64,000 bases of DNA from an uncultured Planctomycetaceae bacterium. GTDB lineage: Bacteria; Planctomycetota; Planctomycetia; Planctomycetales; Planctomycetaceae. The stretch is taken from contig CAWFGE010000021.1 of the NCBI GenBank assembly GCA_963815195.1, positions 128,001-192,000 of the forward strand. The letters are read 5' to 3'. The notes under the pieces are model-generated. The model did not search any database. It was not told where the DNA came from and worked only from the letters and a program-made list of their open reading frames with translations. The translations under genes were made by a program, and so were the position numbers. Positions 18,293 through 28,782 of the stretch are shown here, piece by piece (positions within the stretch are counted from its first letter, which is position 1; each line of letters starts with the position of its first letter).

Positions 18293-18971
18293 TCAGCCCG
18301 GCGAGGTTGTGGGAACGCGGACCGGTGATTCCCGTTTCGGCTTCCTGAACCCGCGGTGCATCGCTTCAAACACAGCGACCGGCACAAGCCAACTGCCCCA
18401 CGCGGCCAGGTAGTACGTCCATTCCTCATCGACTCCGCAGACGAGGAACACTCCGCCCATCAGCCGGGTAACGATCGCCGAGCATAAAAGCACATAGCAT
18501 CGCCACATCCAAACGCGGTGCGTCTGGAACCGCCGCTTGACCGCCGACCTCCAGCCGCAGAAGGCACACAAACCCGTGGCGGCGGCCAACAGGGCGAAGC
18601 CGATCTTCACGCCCGCCCCCGCCTGGGCATAAAACGCCATCCACAATCCGCTGGGAAACACGAGCAGTAAAACGCCCGCAACTTGCAGCTTACCGAGCCG
18701 AACATGCCAGCGGGGAAACCGCGCGAAACCGGTCGCTCAACAAAACCATGCCCACCACCAGCGAAACCGGCCCCGCGAGAAGATGCGGATAAAACGCCCA
18801 GCGGTAACTGCCGAAGAAATACGCCTTCCGCCCCCGCAAAAACTCCGCCGTAAAATCGGGCGGCAGATAGCCGGGATAGTTCTGCACGATGCTGAAGGTG
18901 ACCTTGAGAATCAACAGGCCCACCAGCAGCTTGAAGCCCAACATCAATCGCGGTCTGGAGTGGAACATCAT
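18293..18971 (-). CDS. DUF2306-like membrane protein; frameshift near 18715
   Basis: Two consecutive hydrophobic ORFs (18690..18971 and 18293..18661) with FYPHLLAGP and HRVWMWRCY motifs. Confidence 0.65.
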
Positions 18972-19086
18972 TTCCAGAATTATAATTCGTCAATCCGCTT
19001 GTTAACAGGCGGGCGGTGATTCAGGGCAAGAATGAGTGCGTCTCGCGAAAGCAGGTGGAAAATGACTGGACGTATTTTTCAAGCGG

Positions 19087-19182
19087 ATTTGGGTGGCACG
19101 CCCTGAGGGACGATGGGCGTGGTCCTTGCGATGGCCACGCCCTTCGCTGAGGCGCTGAGGCTCAGGGACGTGCCACCCAAAT
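19087..19182. repeat. Long nested palindrome (REP/MITE-like, family B)
   Basis: ATTTGGGTGGCACG / CGTGCCACCCAAAT outer arms, with inner CCCTGAG / CTCAGGG and GGGCGTGG / CCACGCCC pairs. Confidence 0.75.
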
Positions 19183-19271
19183 TTACCCATTACCTGCTTT
19201 CGCGATACGCACACGGCAAGAGTTGCATAAATAGGGACGGCTTCAGGAACCGCTCCGGCGGTCTGGGCATG

Positions 19272-22073
19272 TCATTGTGTGACGCCATAGAGGCTCAGTT
19301 GCCCGTCCGTGCAAAAGACGGCGAAATGATTGCGGGCGAAGGGCATCACGGAAAGCGGATCGCCCGGGCTCTCGAGCGACGCGGCCAACGACAACCTGTT
19401 GAGGCTCGTGTCGTAGATCTCGATCTTGGATTCATCGGCGGCGATGAGTTTGCCCGTGACGGTAAACGCCGTGCGGGGGCAGTTGAGACCGTAGCCGAAC
19501 TGCCGCATTTGCTGCGTGTCCTTCCAAAACACCACGCCGCCTTCTTCGAAGCTCGCCGCAACGCGAATCCGCGAGTGCGGGGCCGATCCGCTCAGCCCCA
19601 CGATTCGCCCGGCCAGGGGAATCTCCGCGTCCCGCTGGTTCGCATCGATGGAAAGCAAACAGTCGCCCAATCCCAGGTAACATCCTTCCGGGCGCGCGTG
19701 AATGGGAATCTCCCGACCGAAATCGGCTTCCCACGGCGAAGGGGACAACTGCCGCGTGACGATCGGCACATGGTCGGCCGAGTACACGCTGAGATCGAGC
19801 AGATCGCCGCCGGCGACGGTCCAAGACGCGCCGTGGGCCGTTTGAGCCAGGGCGATCGTATCGCGGGTGGTCCAAGGCGGTGTTAGCGCTCGCCGCGGCT
19901 CGGCCGAACTGTCACCCGCCGGCGAAATGGTCACCGTGTCGCTCGTGAACCAGTGGGACGTGGCTGCCTCTCGTGGTCCGGATTCCGCAAACAGCCGCGG
20001 AGGCAGCGGTGGGCCGCCCAGCGGGTGCACCCACACGTCGTGGGTGTCGTTGGGCGATGGAGCGAGCAGCACGCCACTCTCGTGCATCGCGGGCGAACTC
20101 CACCGGATCAGGTCGAAAGGCTGATTGGAATTCCATTGCGCCCGCACCCGCATGAGCACCAATTGCCCGTCGCAGTAACCGGCCGCGAAGAAATATCGAT
20201 TGGACGACGCGGCGCGATGCCACGCGATGTCCGGGGGAAGCTTCACAACGCCCAAGAGTTCCGGCTTGGCCGGCGACTTGGAGATGGAATACGCTCCCGC
20301 GGAGCGCTTTGGCTCGATGCCCTTGAGATACCGCTCGCAATCGCGGTTCAGCAAACGATCTTCCGGAGCGAGTTTTTCGATTGTCCGCAGCAGCCGGCGG
20401 TCTTCGGAATAGATGCCCCGGCTCCGCGAAGCGACGAGCTTTCGCGAGACAATGACCTGCGTCCCATCGGCCGCGACGGCCCGCACCGATTCGTCGGGAT
20501 AATCGCCCGCGGCTTCCGCGAGAACTTCGGCCAACGGCAGAATGTGGCGAGGCTTCAATGAATTCCCGATGAGTTCCTGAACCCGCTTTCCCGCATCCGC
20601 ATGCCGGCCCCCGCGGCCCAGCAATCGCAGCTCCGCGCGGAGGCAATCTTGCGATTGGCTCCGGTCCGGCCAGCCGGATCGCAAGACTGTCAGGGCCCGT
20701 TCCGGATCGCGGCATTCTTCCTCGTACAGCTTCGCCCCGCGCAGCAAATCGCCCCGATCGCAGCACGCCTCCGCAGCTTTCCGATAGGCCATGTCCGCCT
20801 TGTCGTGTTGTTCGAGCCGGCGGCAAATCGCGCCGCATTTCTCGAACTCCCCGAGTGGCTCGTAGCGATTTATGGCTTCGTCCCAGAGGCCGCCTTCTTC
20901 CAGACACGCCGCGGCATCGTGGGGGCGGTGGAGCCGCTCTTCGTAAACGACCGCCGCCTCGCGGTAATAGCCACCCGACTTGAGAGCCGCCGCCGCCGAT
21001 TCCATTTCGCCCAAAAGCTCCGCGTAGATATACGCGGCCCGCCGGTGTCGTCGCAGCCGGATTTCGCGTTCGGCGAGTTCGCGATAGCGGGCCGTCAACT
21101 GGTGCAGCGTTGCCGGCGGAATGTTCCAATAATCCGTCAGACCGCCGCCCGACGAAAAGCGGAAATCCACATCATGCGTCGTAAGCGTCGTCGAAGGCGG
21201 CGCGATGCCCCGGCCGGCGTCATTGCCCATCGGAATCGCGTATTTCAATCCCTTGTCCGGGTCGTTGTTGAGCAGATTCATCAACCGCGCGAGTTCCCGC
21301 TCGCGGGCCGACTGTTGCTCCGGCGACAACACGCGGTTGGCCCAGTTCGTCAACCGATCGATCCACGTCTCATGCGAAGCGGTGGCCGAGGCTTTGGAAG
21401 CGATCCATTGGACAAGCCAGGCCACGGGCACCAGCGGAGCCATGAGCATGGGTCCCCACGAACCTCGCGGCGGTTTTTCCCCGGGCGAAGGCGGCAGCTC
21501 ATCGAGCGAATCCGACTCGGTGCCGATGTCGTCCTGCCCGCTTTGCAGGATCATTTCGACCGAAAGCGAATGGATGGCATCGATCGAAACCAAGCGGCGG
21601 GCATACGCGATTCCCGGATGGGCCGTCCCCCACCGGCCGACAATTGGCGATGGAGCAGCCAGCAAATCCTCGACCGCCAAAACGTCACCCGCATCGAACC
21701 CGACGAGTCCCGCTGCCGGATGCCAAACGTAGAGCCGGTCTTCGGCAAACTGCTGCCGGAGTTCCGTCTCGCTGACCGCCGGTTCGAGCCTCGCTTCGAC
21801 CGGAAGATATAACCGCCCGGCCAACAGGCCGTAGGCGTGCGAGCGCGATTTCGGAACGATCGGCCGATCGCCCGAAACCACGACCAAGAGGCCAATGGGG
21901 CTTGGATCCTGTGCGGAGTGCGGAACGATCAACAACTGCAGGGCGGAGTGCGGAATGTCCCAACCGCAGAGTTCCATGAGCCACTGTTCCGCGCGGTCCC
22001 CCGGCAGGAACCAGCCCCGCGGTTCGCGGAGCGGCGATGTCGTAAATCGGAGATGCAAAGTCTTGGTGATCAT
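19272..22073 (-). CDS. MoxR-vWA-beta-propeller ternary system protein (bpX3-like N-terminus, TPR-like helices, C-terminal propeller-like region)
   Basis: WLMELCGW, LYLPVEARLEP, DPDKGLKYAIP, RRAAYIYAELL, GYYREAAVVY; beta-rich C-terminus; ATGA overlap with the upstream gene. Confidence 0.65.
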   Translation of the reverse strand: MITKTLHLRFTTSPLREPRGWFLPGDRAEQWLMELCGWDIPHSALQLLIVPHSAQDPSPIGLLVVVSGDRPIVPKSRSHAYGLLAGRLYLPVEARLEPAVSETELRQQFAEDRLYVWHPAAGLVGFDAGDVLAVEDLLAAPSPIVGRWGTAHPGIAYARRLVSIDAIHSLSVEMILQSGQDDIGTESDSLDELPPSPGEKPPRGSWGPMLMAPLVPVAWLVQWIASKASATASHETWIDRLTNWANRVLSPEQQSARERELARLMNLLNNDPDKGLKYAIPMGNDAGRGIAPPSTTLTTHDVDFRFSSGGGLTDYWNIPPATLHQLTARYRELAEREIRLRRHRRAAYIYAELLGEMESAAAALKSGGYYREAAVVYEERLHRPHDAAACLEEGGLWDEAINRYEPLGEFEKCGAICRRLEQHDKADMAYRKAAEACCDRGDLLRGAKLYEEECRDPERALTVLRSGWPDRSQSQDCLRAELRLLGRGGRHADAGKRVQELIGNSLKPRHILPLAEVLAEAAGDYPDESVRAVAADGTQVIVSRKLVASRSRGIYSEDRRLLRTIEKLAPEDRLLNRDCERYLKGIEPKRSAGAYSISKSPAKPELLGVVKLPPDIAWHRAASSNRYFFAAGYCDGQLVLMRVRAQWNSNQPFDLIRWSSPAMHESGVLLAPSPNDTHDVWVHPLGGPPLPPRLFAESGPREAATSHWFTSDTVTISPAGDSSAEPRRALTPPWTTRDTIALAQTAHGASWTVAGGDLLDLSVYSADHVPIVTRQLSPSPWEADFGREIPIHARPEGCYLGLGDCLLSIDANQRDAEIPLAGRIVGLSGSAPHSRIRVAASFEEGGVVFWKDTQQMRQFGYGLNCPRTAFTVTGKLIAADESKIEIYDTSLNRLSLAASLESPGDPLSVMPFARNHFAVFCTDGQLSLYGVTQ

Positions 22074-24799
22074 CGCAATCGAGACCCAAACTCGCTCAAG
22101 AGATTCTTAAGATCGATCGACAAATTCTTCGAAGATTTCTGCCCCGTATAAAACTCGTCGCCCCACAACTCGCCGTTCGCGCACCAGCCGCTGACGGCCC
22201 CAGCGGTGAGGACAAACGAAACTTCGGGGACGTTCGGGTCGGAACTCTTCAGGTGGAGCAGCCCCCGCGAATCGAGAAACGCCCGGCTGCCGTCGGTCCA
22301 CTCGGCCATCTGCAACTTGTATTCGACTCCCGGCGGACCCGGAATCGGCTCGAACTGCCGCAGAGGCGTCACTTGATTTCGGTTGATGGCGATCGGCGCC
22401 ATGCGGAATCGGCTAAGCTCGTCATCGAAACTTAACGACAAGAATTCGTGCGCAGAAGTTTGAAGCAACAGTCCCTGCCCGTGCCGGGCGATCCCGCGGA
22501 TCCGGTTTCGATAATTTCGCGGATGGACCCATTTCCAAATCTCCGGATCGAGGGCAGAATAAGGGTCGCCATAAACCGGCATGACGGTTCGATTGAGCAC
22601 ATCAATCACCGCGGTCTCTTGAAAGGCGTTCTTATTCCACTGATGCTTCACCACAACCCGCGTGCCGGTGGACGAAACGGCGACGACGCTGATGGGGGCC
22701 ACCAGTTCCCGCAATGCGTGAAACGGAACAAGGGGCAAATAGAGTACCTCCCCTTCCTGATTCGAAAGTCCGACGCGATGCCCATCATGCGTCACCAGTC
22801 CGACGGGGCCTTGGATGCCTTCGGCGTCGAAGACCATCAGGGGACGATGGGCGCCCGTCGGCACTTCTTCGAATTGCGGTTCGATGCCGTCGTAGGACAG
22901 GGCTTTGTATCGACTAACCCCCGTGAAAAAGATCTCTGCGAAATATCTCCCGTGGATCCAATTAACGCCTGGGGGCGTGATCACGCTGTGGATCCGCCGG
23001 CCGGTGGTCATGTCGCAAATGTCGATTTCATTGCGGTGGATGACGAACAAGAACCCGGCATGATCGCAGACCGCGACGACGTGGGAATCGGACGTTTCGA
23101 GGGGATGGAATTCACAACGCCGCATTTCGAGGTCCGCGACGCCGAGCCACAGCCGGGGCTTGGAGTTGTTCCCCACGACAAAACTTGCGAAGCCCTGCTC
23201 GGCGCGAGTTTGGCTCCACAGCAACTTGCGGGACGGAAGCCGATCGGCGATCTGCTGGCCGCCCCGTTTCGGATCGTCCCAGTGCATCAGCCTGCGGTCG
23301 TTGGTGATCGACAGCACGCCGTGGTGCTGCACTCTCCAGGTCTGCTGCGGAATAAAATTGTGCGACAGCCGGAGCGGAAACGGCCGGAGCGCCAGGATCG
23401 CCGGCAGATCGGCCGGCACGTGCGGATCGATCAAGGGGACCGCGGGGTGTTCCGTCTTGGCGAATAACTTCTCGATGTCGAACTCCGCCTCGCGAAGCAC
23501 GCGGGTCCCGTGCGGCGTTCGCTCGAGCAACTGAAACGTCCCTGTTCGCGAAACGGTGGCGATAAACCCGATCGCTTCGCCGAACTCACGCATCGATTCC
23601 TGAAACTCGCGGTCGGCCAGCACACTTTCCGAGGTGACGAGAATCACGTCGGTCTCGCGATCTTCCTTTTCCATCCACGGGGACAGGTCGGCGAGAGCCG
23701 CGCCGGGATGGGCGTGCGGATCCAAGGCTTTCAAATGTTCGACAAGCCCCGCGCAGGTCGAAGAATCCGTGGGCAGAAACCGTTCGCCCTCGCTTCGGAG
23801 CACGCGGAGATCGACCGGGCCGTCGTTCATCGCGGCGAAAGACATCGCCGCCGAGGTCGCCATCACCCGCGGAACGCCCCACATCCGAAGGCCCGCGTCC
23901 AACAGCAGCAGCCGCGTGCGGGGCGGGCTTTGGGGCGGCGTTTCCCGGCGGAGATACATGGCTTCGTTCATCGCCACGCGCATCATCAGCATCTCATCGT
24001 CCTGGGCGAGTTCGGTTAGCAGCAACCGATCGAGGCTGCCGCGGTTCGCAATGTCCGACACGCCGCCCACGGGGATTTCGTCCGGCTGAACCAGCGGCCG
24101 CGGCAAATGCACCATCGCCAACAGATTCCGCGCGAGCCGGACCATCCCCGCGAACTCCTCATCGCTTTCGAGCCGGCGGAAGAGTTTGCGAATCCGCGTG
24201 GCGAGCGGCTCATCGACCTCCGCGGGGGCGACGATTTGCTCGAGGCCCGTTTCCAGCCGGAGCTTGAAAGCCTCCAAATTGAACCGCTTTAGGCCCTCCC
24301 GCAGCGGTCTTAGATCGTCCAATCTCCGATGAAGCCTGTCTTCGCGGCGGACGGCTTCGATCGCCATCCCATTGGCGAGCGCCTCGACCACGGCTTCGGC
24401 GACTTCCGGCGAAGTTCTCCGGGAAGTCGTCTCAAAAATCATCGCAGAGAGCTCCACCTTGGCGGAGATTCCGCTGCGAAGTTCCCACGGGATGTTGTGA
24501 ATCCGGTCGAGGAGCCGAATCTCTTCACTCGCCAAAACCGTGAAGGTGGATTTTGTCTTTAGCAGCGTCGGAACATTGCTCCACGAATCCCGGCACGCGG
24601 CGATCAGAAGCAGCACCGAACCCAACGGCGGCAGGCCTTTCGAGAGGTGCCGCCTTAGAACGGCTTCCAACTCCGAGCGGAAAGCGATGGTTTGGTCATC
24701 GTGGAACCACACAATCGCTTCGCCGTCTTCGGACCAGTTCCAGGTCCCGGCGCCCGGCGGTGTAAGATACTGGCTGACTTCGAAGCTCAAATCAGACAT
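22070..24799 (-). CDS. MoxR-vWA-beta-propeller ternary system core protein (bpX0/bpX1-like, degenerate vWA plus beta-rich region)
   Basis: GGVSDIANRGSLDRLLLTELA...NEAMYLRRETPP, then the vWA-like strand RLLLLDAGLRMWG; C-terminal WTDGSRAFLDSRGLLHL. Confidence 0.7.
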   Translation of the reverse strand: MSDLSFEVSQYLTPPGAGTWNWSEDGEAIVWFHDDQTIAFRSELEAVLRRHLSKGLPPLGSVLLLIAACRDSWSNVPTLLKTKSTFTVLASEEIRLLDRIHNIPWELRSGISAKVELSAMIFETTSRRTSPEVAEAVVEALANGMAIEAVRREDRLHRRLDDLRPLREGLKRFNLEAFKLRLETGLEQIVAPAEVDEPLATRIRKLFRRLESDEEFAGMVRLARNLLAMVHLPRPLVQPDEIPVGGVSDIANRGSLDRLLLTELAQDDEMLMMRVAMNEAMYLRRETPPQSPPRTRLLLLDAGLRMWGVPRVMATSAAMSFAAMNDGPVDLRVLRSEGERFLPTDSSTCAGLVEHLKALDPHAHPGAALADLSPWMEKEDRETDVILVTSESVLADREFQESMREFGEAIGFIATVSRTGTFQLLERTPHGTRVLREAEFDIEKLFAKTEHPAVPLIDPHVPADLPAILALRPFPLRLSHNFIPQQTWRVQHHGVLSITNDRRLMHWDDPKRGGQQIADRLPSRKLLWSQTRAEQGFASFVVGNNSKPRLWLGVADLEMRRCEFHPLETSDSHVVAVCDHAGFLFVIHRNEIDICDMTTGRRIHSVITPPGVNWIHGRYFAEIFFTGVSRYKALSYDGIEPQFEEVPTGAHRPLMVFDAEGIQGPVGLVTHDGHRVGLSNQEGEVLYLPLVPFHALRELVAPISVVAVSSTGTRVVVKHQWNKNAFQETAVIDVLNRTVMPVYGDPYSALDPEIWKWVHPRNYRNRIRGIARHGQGLLLQTSAHEFLSLSFDDELSRFRMAPIAINRNQVTPLRQFEPIPGPPGVEYKLQMAEWTDGSRAFLDSRGLLHLKSSDPNVPEVSFVLTAGAVSGWCANGELWGDEFYTGQKSSKNLSIDLKNLLSEFGSRLR

Positions 24800-25520
24800 G
24801 GCCCGCCGCCTCTGCCGAGATCCGAATGGCCGAGCGCGTGGCCCGGACGAAATCCTCTGCCGCGATCTGTTCGATGCGTCCCTCCTCGCGCCACAACATC
24901 AGAGTTCCTTCAGCCGGTGAAAACGCGCGGGCCAGGACTTCCGCATCGATGTCCGGGGACCAATGCCAACCGCTGGGCACCGCGATCCCGCGTTCTTCCA
25001 CAAACCGCTTTCCCGGAATCGGAGGCAAAGGCAATCCGCGAATGAGAACTTCGCGATCCGCCGAGACCGCGAACCGCCAGCGGTCGAGGCGAACTTGCGG
25101 AGCCGAGCTTCCGTAAGCCAGCCAATCCACCATCGATGCCAGGAGCAGGTTCGCTTCGCGGGGTTGGTGATGTCGAATCAACCGCAGCGGGACGCCGTTC
25201 GAAAGTCGCCCCGGAAGCGAAGCCCGGGGAAGCTCCACCGCCATCCACTTCGGCAAACTCTCCCACGGCCCTTCCGGAAGGAAGCCCTGCGGAACGCGGC
25301 GGTCCAGCCGGCAAAGCTGGCCGTCGCCCAACACGCGATAAGCCGTCGCCGCGGGAAGCTTCGTCAATGCCGATTCGATCGCTTCGGAGGATGCCGTGAC
25401 TCGCACCCAAATATCGCCGGCTTGGTTATCTTCGTGGATTTCGAGTCCGCCGAGCGTCCGCAGCGGTTCGAGCTGCGACAGCCTCTGCCGGGGAATGTGC
25501 ACTGCCTGAATTTCCGTCAC
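24792..25520 (-). CDS. MoxR ternary system accessory protein (bpX2-like)
   Basis: GTG 25520 overlaps the MoxR stop (GTGA). LEPLRTLGGL...DIWVR, APQVRLDRWRF, GLPLPPIPG, ATRSAIR. Confidence 0.6.
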   Translation of the reverse strand: MTEIQAVHIPRQRLSQLEPLRTLGGLEIHEDNQAGDIWVRVTASSEAIESALTKLPAATAYRVLGDGQLCRLDRRVPQGFLPEGPWESLPKWMAVELPRASLPGRLSNGVPLRLIRHHQPREANLLLASMVDWLAYGSSAPQVRLDRWRFAVSADREVLIRGLPLPPIPGKRFVEERGIAVPSGWHWSPDIDAEVLARAFSPAEGTLMLWREEGRIEQIAAEDFVRATRSAIRISAEAAGHV

Positions 25521-26680
25521 GCCGGCCTCCCCAGTTTTTCCCAAAGCGCCTCCAACTGCTGTTCGAGATGCGCGTGCTGTTGTTCGTCGGCCACCCAGTG
25601 ACATCGGCTGTCGAGCACGCCGAGCTGGTCGCGGAGATACGCCCGGCTCGTCGCGTCGAGATTTTCTTTGTCCGCCCGCGCCGCGAGCCGATCCAGATCG
25701 CGCGCGAGTTCCTCGGCATCGGGAGCAGCCCTCTGATGCGAGCGGGCGTGCCGAGCGTGATCGGTCTTTCCGCCCGCATCGACGGCTTCCTGCACGATCG
25801 CCGCGATGACTTCCTGCTGCTCCTGCGTGTCCCAGATGTAGCGGAGGATCCACAGGTCCGTCTCCTCCACCAGCGTGCGCCCGCACAAAAAAGCGCTCGC
25901 TGCCAAGAGCCGCTGGAGCTTCACGGCCCGGCGGTCGGAAATGGCGGTCCCCGCGTGACGCAGGCGGTGGATCAACTCCAAATACGCCGGGCGAACCCGC
26001 GTGAAGTCCGCGAGAGGCAGCATGGATTGGAGCGCCAATACGTCCTCGACCGTCATTGCGGGCGGCTGCCGGCGGGCCTCGATGTCGAGAATCCAACCGG
26101 CCGCGAGCACTTCGTGCAATTGCTCCTGGGCCACGTTATCGCACTCGACGCGGAGCAAAAACCGATCGAACAGCGCCCCGAGGGCCTCATCTTCGGGCAA
26201 ACGGTTGCTGGCTCCGACGACCATCAGCGTCGGCAGCTTCCGCATCTCCCGGCCGCGGCGAAACACCCGCTCGTTGAGCACCATCAACAGGCTGTTGAGG
26301 ATCGCGCTGTTGGCGTTGAGCAGCTCGTCGAGAAACACAAACGACGCCTCCGGGAGCATGCCCTCCGTATTGGTGACGAGTTCCCCGTCCCGCAATCTGC
26401 GGATGTCGAACGGGCCGAAGATCTCGTTCGGCTCGGTAAACCGCGTGAGCAGATAATCGAACACCCGCCCGTCGATTCGCCGGGACAAGTCCTGCACCAG
26501 GGCGCTTTTCGCGGTCCCCGGCGGGCCGAGAATGAACAGGTTCTCTCCGCCGGCGAGGCACACGCCCAACAGGTCAATCACCTCGTCCTTGCCGACGAAG
26601 GCGTCTTTCATCGGTTGGAGGACTTCCTCATTCAGCCGGCGGGCCGATGCAAAGTTCACTGCTTCGGTCGTATTTGTCAT
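25517..26680 (-). CDS. MoxR-family (RavA-like) AAA+ ATPase
   Basis: Walker A GPPGTAKS, LLTRFTEPNEIFGP, Walker B FVFLDE, NSAILNSLL, GASN, ALFDRF, SDRRAVK. ATG 26680 overlaps the upstream stop. Confidence 0.92.
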   Translation of the reverse strand: MTNTTEAVNFASARRLNEEVLQPMKDAFVGKDEVIDLLGVCLAGGENLFILGPPGTAKSALVQDLSRRIDGRVFDYLLTRFTEPNEIFGPFDIRRLRDGELVTNTEGMLPEASFVFLDELLNANSAILNSLLMVLNERVFRRGREMRKLPTLMVVGASNRLPEDEALGALFDRFLLRVECDNVAQEQLHEVLAAGWILDIEARRQPPAMTVEDVLALQSMLPLADFTRVRPAYLELIHRLRHAGTAISDRRAVKLQRLLAASAFLCGRTLVEETDLWILRYIWDTQEQQEVIAAIVQEAVDAGGKTDHARHARSHQRAAPDAEELARDLDRLAARADKENLDATSRAYLRDQLGVLDSRCHWVADEQQHAHLEQQLEALWEKLGRPA

Positions 26681-27324
26681 TCGGGGTTTGCCTCTTGATT
26701 TCTCGACGTAACGGCCTTGTGGATTTCCGGAGCCAGGTGGTGATGCATCCCATAAGCGGCCCCGGCGGCGTCTTGCACTTCGGGAGGATCGAGCCGCGAG
26801 ACATCCTGTTTTGCAATGATGCGATCGATGTAAATGCTTCGGAGACTGTCGTGGTCCAGAATCTCGTCCAGGGATTCCGGAACGATGCCGGGAATCCCGA
26901 CCGAGGACAACGGCCATTCTTTGGCCCATTGTTCGAGGTGTTTTAGCAAGGGGTCGGACCCTGACGCCGACTTTGCGCGAAGGTGCAACTCCGGCAGCAG
27001 GCGAAATGTCAGATCGACCGAATAATGGGCACTCGTGTTCCGCGGTCCGGGAAACGGGCGCGAGAGAATTTCATCGACGCCCGCTTCGTCAATTTCGCGA
27101 AAGGTCAACGCCACAACCGCTCCATAAAACATCTCCGCCGCCCAAACCGCGGCCGCCATTCGAAGTTCGGGCGGTTGTCCGGGGCAGTCCAGCCGGTATC
27201 GCTGCTCGAACTCCGCAAGAACCGATTCCGCGGCCCGCCGATCTTCGTCATCAGGACACTCCGGTCCGCGCAGCTGCATCCGCCCCTCATTCAGCAATGA
27301 GTGCAAAACGCTTGCAAATTCCAT
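26677..27324 (-). CDS. MoxR ternary system accessory protein (bpX4-like)
   Basis: 215 aa with HYSVDLTFRLLP, WPLSSVG and YIDRII; first gene of the coupled operon. Confidence 0.62.
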   Translation of the reverse strand: MEFASVLHSLLNEGRMQLRGPECPDDEDRRAAESVLAEFEQRYRLDCPGQPPELRMAAAVWAAEMFYGAVVALTFREIDEAGVDEILSRPFPGPRNTSAHYSVDLTFRLLPELHLRAKSASGSDPLLKHLEQWAKEWPLSSVGIPGIVPESLDEILDHDSLRSIYIDRIIAKQDVSRLDPPEVQDAAGAAYGMHHHLAPEIHKAVTSRNQEANPE

Positions 27325-27553
27325 GAGGTCTCTTTCGCTGTTTTCGCGTCGGCGGATTCGCTGAATTATTATGGAATGACACCGGGCGGACGGAAACCGT
27401 TCGCGCCGCTTCGCGGGATCACTCGGTTTCCATGATAATCTCCCGAAAATCTTCGATCACTTTTTTTCCACCGCGAAATGGGAGATACTGAAATCTCGCC
27501 GCTGGATTTTAGATTCGATCCGTTTCGTAAAATATCGCAAAAGAGAAATCGGC

Positions 27554-28720
27554 ATGTTGAAAGCCCTGCTCACTTCGTTCCTGATCGTCAGCCTCTCGGC
27601 CTCAGCCGTTGCCGATCCGGTCCCCGAATTCCGCTGGCGGGAGGTCAAGATCGATGCGATCGAGATCGGTTACGGCCTGCAGATGGCCGACGTCAACGGC
27701 GATGGAAAAACCGACATCGTGCTCGCCGACAAGAACACCATTCAATGGTACGAAAACCCCGGCTGGACGAAACACATCATCGCCAAAAACCTCACCGAGC
27801 GGGACAACGTCTGTGTCGCCGCGCGGGACATCGACGGGGATGGGAAATGCGAAATCGCGGTCGGCGGCCAGTGGAATTATCTGGAAAGCGTGAAAGACGG
27901 GGCCGTGTTCTACTTGATCCCGCCCGCGGACCGCACGAAGCTCTGGACTCCCGTCAGGCTTTATCACGAGCCCAGCACCCACCGCATGCACTGGGTCAAA
28001 GGCCCGGACAATCAGTTTCGGCTGGTCGTCAAACCATTGCGGGGAAAGGGCAGCATGCACGGGGAAGGCCCGGGTTTGCGCGTGCTGGAATACTTCGTGC
28101 CCAAGAACCCCCAGGACGAATGGAAGTTCGGCGTCGTCTGCGACTTCCTGCACCTCTCGCACAATTTTCAGCCGGTGAATTGGGACGACGACCCGGAAGA
28201 AGAACTTATCGTGGCGGCGAAGGAAGGCGTTTGGCACTTCGATAGGGTCAAAGACGATTGGAAGGCCACTCAGTTGACCAAAGACTTCGCCGGCGAGATC
28301 CGCGACGGCAAACTGCCGAACGGCAAGCGATTCATCGTCACGATCGAACCCATGCACGGATCGAAATCCGCCGTCTATGTCGAGCCCAAAAAACCGGGCG
28401 ATCTGTGGGAGCGCGTGGCGGTGCTCGACGAGTCGCTCAAAGACGGCCACGCTCTCGCGTGCGCGGATTTTCTCGGAACCGGGTCCGATCAGATTGTCGT
28501 CGGCTGGCGGGCCATGAACGATCCGGGCGTCCCGGGTATCAAACTGTTTGCGCCCCTCGACAAAGATGGGACCAAGTGGCGCGAGACCAAAATCTCCTCC
28601 GGCAAAGTGGCCGTGGAAGACATCAAAGTGGCCGACCTCGACGGGGACGGCAAAACGGACATCGTCGCGGCCGCCCGGCAAACGAAAAACCTCGTGATTT
28701 TCTTCAACGAGAGTGAATAG
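27554..28720 (+). CDS. Secreted FG-GAP/VCBS-repeat beta-propeller protein
   Basis: Signal peptide; ADVNGDGKTDIV, DIDGDGKCEIAV, ADLDGDGKTDIV. Confidence 0.85.
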   Translation: MLKALLTSFLIVSLSASAVADPVPEFRWREVKIDAIEIGYGLQMADVNGDGKTDIVLADKNTIQWYENPGWTKHIIAKNLTERDNVCVAARDIDGDGKCEIAVGGQWNYLESVKDGAVFYLIPPADRTKLWTPVRLYHEPSTHRMHWVKGPDNQFRLVVKPLRGKGSMHGEGPGLRVLEYFVPKNPQDEWKFGVVCDFLHLSHNFQPVNWDDDPEEELIVAAKEGVWHFDRVKDDWKATQLTKDFAGEIRDGKLPNGKRFIVTIEPMHGSKSAVYVEPKKPGDLWERVAVLDESLKDGHALACADFLGTGSDQIVVGWRAMNDPGVPGIKLFAPLDKDGTKWRETKISSGKVAVEDIKVADLDGDGKTDIVAAARQTKNLVIFFNESE

Positions 28721-28782
28721 ATGGAGCAGGCCGCGAGCTCGTTGACAAGGTTTTCGCTCAGCACACCCGATAGGAATCCCAG

